This document shows positions 59,201-64,000 of a stretch of 64,000 nucleotides of DNA, piece by piece. The position numbers were made by a program, and so were the translations under genes. Each line of letters opens with the position of its first letter. The first letter of the stretch is position 1. Location of the stretch: positions 311,538 through 375,537 of the IMG/VR virus record IMGVR_UViG_3300030673_000004, one strand, 5' to 3'. Below the pieces are notes generated by a model. It had not been told where the DNA came from and made no database searches. It was given only the letters and a program-made list of their open reading frames with translations.

Positions 59201-59890
59201 CTAGTCTAGCAGATGCTGAAGATTACGACGCTGGATCTCAGGGATAATCTCCTGCTGAATTTCCTTCCGTGAGCAACTACGCCTATGAGCTGCGTAAACA
59301 TTAACAAACTCGCGGTCCCGCCCAGTACGAGAAAAAGCAGAGTCATCAGATGGCAGAAAAGAAGAACCTGGATTGAAGGAAAGACGAAACCACAAGCCAT
59401 TGCGCCTTTCCCATGCTTCGGGCAAAGATGCATGTGACCAGTCGGACTTAGGAACAGGAACCAGCGATATCCGGGACCGAACATCGGAATGATGATTTTC
59501 ACAGGTGCGCATCTGCAATACACCGAAAGCATCAACATAGAAATCCCGCCGCCAAGGACTATGTTGGGTACGCTCAACATCGGATACAAACCAGTTCTTG
59601 TAAATCCGCTTCGCTTCATCCACCCAACGATCAGACAGCCCCGTGCAAAAGATATGCAGAAACTCGGAGTAAACAGCATTCGCAGCATGACCAACATGGG
59701 CCACCAGAAACTGCTCCAGCTTGTTGTACAGCGTGACACATGCATCCTCATCCCAGCTATGGCGAGAAACCTTATGAAGGCTCTCACGCGACGGGAGTTC
59801 TTCTAACGTACCCTGATTGCGAAAAGTACGCTTCACCTTAACAGTGTCACGAAATTTCTTATGAGTTGTTTCAATCCAAGTATGGGACAT
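59201..59890 (-). CDS. Conserved-type phage hypothetical protein
   Basis: 229 aa, AAGGA RBS; LEQFLVAHVGHAANAVYSEF resembles the L..FL.S.VG..W..VYSE motif seen in many phage hypotheticals. Confidence 0.7.
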   Translation of the reverse strand: MSHTWIETTHKKFRDTVKVKRTFRNQGTLEELPSRESLHKVSRHSWDEDACVTLYNKLEQFLVAHVGHAANAVYSEFLHIFCTGLSDRWVDEAKRIYKNWFVSDVERTQHSPWRRDFYVDAFGVLQMRTCENHHSDVRSRISLVPVPKSDWSHASLPEAWERRNGLWFRLSFNPGSSFLPSDDSAFSRTGRDREFVNVYAAHRRSCSRKEIQQEIIPEIQRRNLQHLLD

Positions 59891-59905
59891 GGAAATTCCT
59901 TTTAT

Positions 59906-60088
59906 TTAGATATCGAAATTAAATTCAGACCTAAGCAAATCAAATGAATTAACAATATCATCCATCCCGCACTCCCCGGTATAAATCTCCAAAGAAGCCC
60001 CATGATCAGCCAAGAACTGCTTGAAATCCTTGAAATCCTTTCGGAAATCTTCCTGTTCTTGAAGAATCTGTTTCTGATTCGTAGCCAT
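59906..60088 (-). CDS. Small early hypothetical protein
   Basis: ATG 60088 preceded by AAGGAG and the repeated promoter cassette. Confidence 0.7.
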   Translation of the reverse strand: MATNQKQILQEQEDFRKDFKDFKQFLADHGASLEIYTGECGMDDIVNSFDLLRSEFNFDI

Positions 60089-60101
60089 TAGAGTAACTCC
60101 T

Positions 60102-60149
60102 TGTTGAGGTGACAAGAACAAATATACATTAATTTTGTACTCTTGTCAA
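60102..60149 (-). promoter_or_regulatory. Early promoter/leader cassette, copy 1
   Basis: TTGACA (60149-60144), N17, TATATT (60126-60121), then leader TGTTCTTGTCACCTCAACA and AAGGAG. Confidence 0.8.
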
Positions 60150-60155
60150 GGACAA

Positions 60156-60443
60156 TTAATAACCGAGTTCTTCATTGGCAATAGCCAACTGCGCAGCTAG
60201 ATGAGCCGACTTATATCCGTCAGCCAGCTTCACCAACTTACAGTGTGTTCCATCACGGAATACAGTATGTTCACGCACGCCACTAACGACAACGCCATCG
60301 ACAGGATGAACAGGATCAACAAGAACAAAGCCTGGCGTTTCCTTACTGTATCCGGACACGTCTGTAAGGATCTTGGACACTACACCAAGACGGCCATAGC
60401 ACTCGGACCAAACCAAGTCACCTTCATTAATTTGTGCTAACAT
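60156..60443 (-). CDS. Hypothetical early protein
   Basis: 95 aa, AAAGGA RBS. Confidence 0.7.
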   Translation of the reverse strand: MLAQINEGDLVWSECYGRLGVVSKILTDVSGYSKETPGFVLVDPVHPVDGVVVSGVREHTVFRDGTHCKLVKLADGYKSAHLAAQLAIANEELGY

Positions 60444-60469
60444 GATGTTCCTTTCTATTTAGCTTAAGA

Positions 60470-61051
60470 TTAAGCAGCCTTAGACACCGAAGAGCAACGC
60501 TTGTCCAAATTGCGGATGTACACCTCAATCATAGCAAGAAACTCTCGGCTGTAAATAGAATCAAATTCCAAGTGAAATGCCTCAATAGCACGCTCAAACA
60601 ACTCACGATACTTATTAGCGGACATTCCCGCATACTTAGCCAGGTTACCAACCTGACCAACAAAATAGTTGCTCATACCATACTCACCAACAAGAATATT
60701 CGTGCTGAAATCACCCAAGTCACAATCTAAAGGATTGCGCTTCTGAGAGGCGTGCTGTACAAAAATGTCACGATCAGAACCCTGGGCATACACAGAAGCC
60801 ACAGAATGTAAGTCAATCTGACAGTCAACACTACGACCCTCAGCATCAACCAAAAGCAGCATTGAGCTGATACGAGGTTCGGCCTTAATCACAGAAACGC
60901 GAGTCAGATCAAAGTAGATGCCGCCGTGCATATGGTTAATGTGAGACATCTTTACAAAGATATGCTTATCGCCTGTAAGGCTCTCCCCATCACGAGTGCT
61001 CAAGGCGAAAATGTTCTTGCGATCCGTAGCAAAAAGAGTTCCTGCCTTCAT
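60470..61051 (-). CDS. Hypothetical early protein
   Basis: 193 aa, directly downstream of promoter cassette copy 2 with TAAGGA RBS. Confidence 0.75.
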   Translation of the reverse strand: MKAGTLFATDRKNIFALSTRDGESLTGDKHIFVKMSHINHMHGGIYFDLTRVSVIKAEPRISSMLLLVDAEGRSVDCQIDLHSVASVYAQGSDRDIFVQHASQKRNPLDCDLGDFSTNILVGEYGMSNYFVGQVGNLAKYAGMSANKYRELFERAIEAFHLEFDSIYSREFLAMIEVYIRNLDKRCSSVSKAA

Positions 61052-61064
61052 TAATGATCCTTAC

Positions 61065-61112
61065 TGTTGAGGTGACAAGAACAAATATACATTAATTTTG
61101 TATGCTTGTCAA
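61065..61112 (-). promoter_or_regulatory. Early promoter/leader cassette, copy 2
   Basis: 46 of 48 nt identical to 60102-60149; TTGACA 61112-61107, TATATT 61089-61084. Confidence 0.8.
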
Positions 61113-61127
61113 CAAGAAGATTCTAAA

Positions 61128-61607
61128 TTAAAACTTAGGTACCTTCTCAGCTAAATTGGAATTATAGTAACGAGGATCTCCTGTCACCTCAGCACCTAGC
61201 CATGTGGGGATATTTACAAACGTATCTGCTGATGGTAGCTCCACTTCGGCAAGGACCAAACCAGCGAGATGCCCAAGAAACACATCAACTTCAAACAAAT
61301 GTCCCTTATATTTAATACCATACCTATCTTTAATTATCAATCCGGAACAGTACCCGTTAAGCATCTCCTGAGCGTCCCCCAAAGGGATCTCATACTCAAA
61401 TTCGTGCCCAGACATACCGTCGAGCTTGGGTCCTTTAAGCGTGATATAAGCATGAGCTGTACTATCAGCTAACTGGATAGTCCGAATACGTATAGTCATC
61501 TTATCAGAACTGCGATAAATGTATGCCTGTGTAATCCTCTCAGGTACGCAGTGAGACAGTACCTGGGTGTCTCCCATTAAGAACTTGCGCTCTGTTTCAA
61601 TAGCCAT
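61128..61607 (-). CDS. CYTH-domain triphosphate tunnel metalloenzyme
   Basis: IETERKFL (ExExK), RIR, ITLKG, EFEYEIP, K.RY, FEVDVF, LVLAEVE, EVTGDPRYYNSNL; start at ATG 61607 overlapping the upstream TGA. Confidence 0.85.
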   Translation of the reverse strand: MAIETERKFLMGDTQVLSHCVPERITQAYIYRSSDKMTIRIRTIQLADSTAHAYITLKGPKLDGMSGHEFEYEIPLGDAQEMLNGYCSGLIIKDRYGIKYKGHLFEVDVFLGHLAGLVLAEVELPSADTFVNIPTWLGAEVTGDPRYYNSNLAEKVPKF

Positions 61608-62032
61608 CAATGCTGCCTCTGTGTTGGTTCTCGTGGTATATCGGCACGTAACGTATTCCAAAAGATGTCGCAGTTAATTACGTCATCCGCACCAATACCT
61701 GCAGGATGTTTCTTGCACGTATGAACTACGAAACCATTATCTCTTAGAATAGCACACAAAGTATCACAAAAGACACCAGATTTAAGTTCTATGGTACTAC
61801 GAGTTAAACCTATGCGAGCATTCTCCCTGATAGCTTCCCGAAGCGTACAGCTCCAGTACTGCTGAGCACGGCACTTTTCCTGACTTTGCCAAACAGCAAC
61901 ATCAGCAGCACACCGATCAGCAAAAGAACAGGTATCTTGTAAGCGAGCACGCTTACGAAGTACGTGCGCTAAGTAAATGATAAAAAATACTGCAGCTATA
62001 GCACCAAGAACAGCAGATTGATTAGAAAGCAT
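61607..62032 (-). CDS. Hypothetical protein with N-terminal membrane anchor
   Basis: Hydrophobic VLGAIAAVFFIIYLA followed by a basic stretch. Confidence 0.65.
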   Translation of the reverse strand: MLSNQSAVLGAIAAVFFIIYLAHVLRKRARLQDTCSFADRCAADVAVWQSQEKCRAQQYWSCTLREAIRENARIGLTRSTIELKSGVFCDTLCAILRDNGFVVHTCKKHPAGIGADDVINCDIFWNTLRADIPREPTQRQH

Positions 62033-62042
62033 TTTAGTATCC

Positions 62043-62249
62043 TTAGCTTATGCGAGGCAGCATTTCCCAAAAGGCCAGCCCATCAGATGTTTTGGAGAAT
62101 GAAAAGTTCATAGGAGCTTCAAAGGATCGAGCATCTGATACATCCAAGCACCGTATGGTAAGCTCGTCAAAGTATGAAGGATCCGAAAACTTCTCCCAAC
62201 GACGACCACGACCATCAATAGTGGTCTCTGGTGCATATTCTCTAGACAT
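62043..62249 (-). CDS. Small hypothetical protein
   Basis: Likely start MSREY at 62249, overlapping the upstream stop. Confidence 0.5.
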   Translation of the reverse strand: MSREYAPETTIDGRGRRWEKFSDPSYFDELTIRCLDVSDARSFEAPMNFSFSKTSDGLAFWEMLPRIS

Positions 62250-62580
62250 TAGGCGTAGCATCCTTCGCAAGAGTAGCTTCAATAACAGCCAACAAGTCTC
62301 CCAAGGTTTTGACCTTGATGGTAGTAGTATCAAAAGTTACATCTAGACTAGATTTACCCATATCATTTTCCCAATGAAACCAATCAAGCCATTTACTATT
62401 GTCACCAACAAGCGTAGAAATACTTTCAGTATAGGCTACGAGTAAATCAGTTATTTTCTCATACAAAGGCATGTCAGCTACAGTACCAAACATAGGCTCC
62501 AGTTGAGCAGCAATGCCTTCATAGTGGGACACATGCTGCGCCCACACGTTAAGTAGATCCAAGCGTTCTACCGAATTCAC
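62242..62580 (-). CDS. Hypothetical protein
   Basis: 112 aa, GTG start with GGAGG RBS. Confidence 0.7.
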   Translation of the reverse strand: MNSVERLDLLNVWAQHVSHYEGIAAQLEPMFGTVADMPLYEKITDLLVAYTESISTLVGDNSKWLDWFHWENDMGKSSLDVTFDTTTIKVKTLGDLLAVIEATLAKDATPNV

Positions 62581-62581
62581 T

Positions 62582-62926
62582 TTATGCCTCCCTTAAAACA
62601 GCCACAGTCAATAACTGCTTAGCACAATCTCGACACCGACAACTCTGGGGTGATGCAACAAACGATTTACCGCAATGCGGGCATATTTTAGAGGTCTCTC
62701 CGCTTGTGTACCCATAAGAGGATAACTTCGGAAGTTCTTTCAACTCACCATCAAAAGCCTGCTCAGCCAACAACAAATAAGCATACTTCGCAGCAGGATT
62801 CCCGGCACAAAACTCAGATAGAGACATACAAGAAAGCCCAAGAGATCTATGGTGCTCTTGGGCTTCTATCCTATGATTAAGTACAGATGACAGAGATTCA
62901 ATCAAGGTCTCGTAGTTCGTAGGCAT
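62582..62926 (-). CDS. Hypothetical protein with C-terminal Cys cluster
   Basis: CPHCG...CRCRDC suggests a zinc ribbon. Confidence 0.65.
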   Translation of the reverse strand: MPTNYETLIESLSSVLNHRIEAQEHHRSLGLSCMSLSEFCAGNPAAKYAYLLLAEQAFDGELKELPKLSSYGYTSGETSKICPHCGKSFVASPQSCRCRDCAKQLLTVAVLREA

Positions 62927-62961
62927 AGGACCTATTTACACAAGCAGACTTGAATTCTTTA

Positions 62962-63282
62962 CTATTTCAACTCAGTATGACGTGCGGCCTGCCATCCATG
63001 GAAGCGTTCATAATAAATGCCGCTTAATAACTTATAAGAAAAACCACCACGAACAGGATGATTAAAAGTAACAAACGCATATACACTAGCAGGCACAACC
63101 GAACAAAGTACAAGCATAATGGCCCTCACGAACACAAGAGGTTCTGAACTTTGAGTACCATGTATATGCCAACTGTACAGAAAACACGCAAATATACAAA
63201 CCAGTACTGGAGATGCAGCGAAAAGTATAATGTAAAAAACAGCATCTATAGCATAAACTGCATAAGTACCAAACTTTAACAT
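62962..63282 (-). CDS. Hypothetical membrane protein
   Basis: Two long hydrophobic segments. Confidence 0.6.
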   Translation of the reverse strand: MLKFGTYAVYAIDAVFYIILFAASPVLVCIFACFLYSWHIHGTQSSEPLVFVRAIMLVLCSVVPASVYAFVTFNHPVRGGFSYKLLSGIYYERFHGWQAARHTELK

Positions 63283-63303
63283 ATGTTTACCGCCTTTATT
63301 TAT

Positions 63304-63618
63304 TTATTTACAGGTGCGCGCAGCATAATCAACTGCGCTCTTTGAAATAATACCGAGAACCACAGTCATCCGCTCAGGCGGCGGTGCAAACGTAGCACGG
63401 CGCACCAAAGAACGAATGACACCGTCCGGTAAAATACCCGTCCGGTTGAAATCCCGATACTCCGCACAAAACTTAGGCAAGTTGTCGTCAACTTCCTGAA
63501 TCACGGAACTCCTCAGCCCCATAAGCGACTGCCCTGCTGGACTACAGACAGGACGAGGGCCAGGAACACCACCAGGATTGCCGTGAGAGATGCAAGAACC
63601 TTCGCGTAGACTTGACAT
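63304..63618 (-). CDS. Hypothetical protein
   Basis: Start MSSLREG at 63618 with GGAGG RBS. Confidence 0.6.
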   Translation of the reverse strand: MSSLREGSCISHGNPGGVPGPRPVCSPAGQSLMGLRSSVIQEVDDNLPKFCAEYRDFNRTGILPDGVIRSLVRRATFAPPPERMTVVLGIISKSAVDYAARTCK

Positions 63619-63739
63619 GAAAACCTCCAAAAGTTAAGAAGCAGATACAGAAATCACAGAAAGATCAACTTCAGTGGGTTGCTGAGTCAAGATAGACAGC
63701 CAACCAGTAAGAGCATCCTTGTCATCCATAGCAGGCCCG

Positions 63740-63988
63740 TTAGGGAGACCCTGCGGGCGGCAAATCAATCAGTCCAAACTCAAAATCTTGCCATCGAACT
63801 ATGCGCTCTGATCTTCCGCAACAAAGACATTCAATTATCCTCGAATCACGCGCCTCGTTTTTTGAGTTTGCAAGTGAATCATACACGATATACTCACCAT
63901 CTGCCACTTTGCAGTCATCACCAAGTTCTTTAAGCATTTTCCCGCAATTAGGGCACTGCATCTTACAAGCCATTTTTATTTCCTTCAT
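63740..63988 (-). CDS. Small zinc-ribbon-like protein
   Basis: CPNCG...CLCCG. Confidence 0.6.
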   Translation of the reverse strand: MKEIKMACKMQCPNCGKMLKELGDDCKVADGEYIVYDSLANSKNEARDSRIIECLCCGRSERIVRWQDFEFGLIDLPPAGSP

Positions 63989-64000
63989 CTGTTGTTTACC

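Noticed and set aside
59206-59806. Overlapping 193-aa (-) and 105-aa (+) ORFs
   Set aside because: Shadow frames of the 229-aa gene, with no RBS or recognisable motifs.
63634-63729. 31-aa - strand ORF (MDDKDALTGW...)
   Set aside because: Fills a gap but has no clear RBS and is too short to support.
1-64000. CRISPR array or diversity-generating retroelement
   Set aside because: No regularly spaced repeats with unique spacers, no reverse transcriptase and no adenine-mismatched TR/VR pair seen; repeats in the Ig and propeller genes are ordinary coding duplications.
1-64000. Stop-codon reassignment
   Set aside because: Long ORFs tile the window under code 11, and TAA, TAG and TGA all act as real stops; the two breaks at 24827 and 25668 are frame shifts, not in-frame stops.

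Overview
This window is part of a large, probably jumbo, tailed-phage genome with a contractile (myovirus-type) tail. It uses the standard code and is densely coding. From 1 to about 59 kb the + strand carries a gamma-glutamylcyclotransferase (GGCT) fusion and a putative amidoligase, baseplate J/wedge genes, tail-collar and tail-fibre genes, a tandem GT2 glycosyltransferase and a Dps. It also carries a ~30 kb block of large Ser/Thr-rich virion proteins with about 22 CHB_HEX_C/Fn3-associated Ig-like repeats and Asp-box beta-propellers, then a 1871-aa SNF2-type helicase, two paralogous tube-initiator-like genes, a DnaG-like primase and holin-like genes. From about 59.2 kb to the end, short early-type genes (including a CYTH enzyme) run on the - strand, and two of them have near-identical sigma70 promoter/leader cassettes. 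The most striking unexplained features are non-coding. (1) A ~160-nt structured antisense-strand RNA unit (about 43566-43724) has its own TTGACA-N17-TATATT promoter and terminator. It contains a 12-nt stretch exactly complementary to the conserved leader just upstream of the Shine-Dalgarno sequence in both early cassettes, suggesting a phage-encoded trans-acting sRNA switch. (2) A D-arm-less tRNA-like element with a UAU anticodon loop has its own promoter. No CRISPR array, reverse transcriptase, transposase or integrase was seen. All family assignments come from motif recognition by eye, not database searches.
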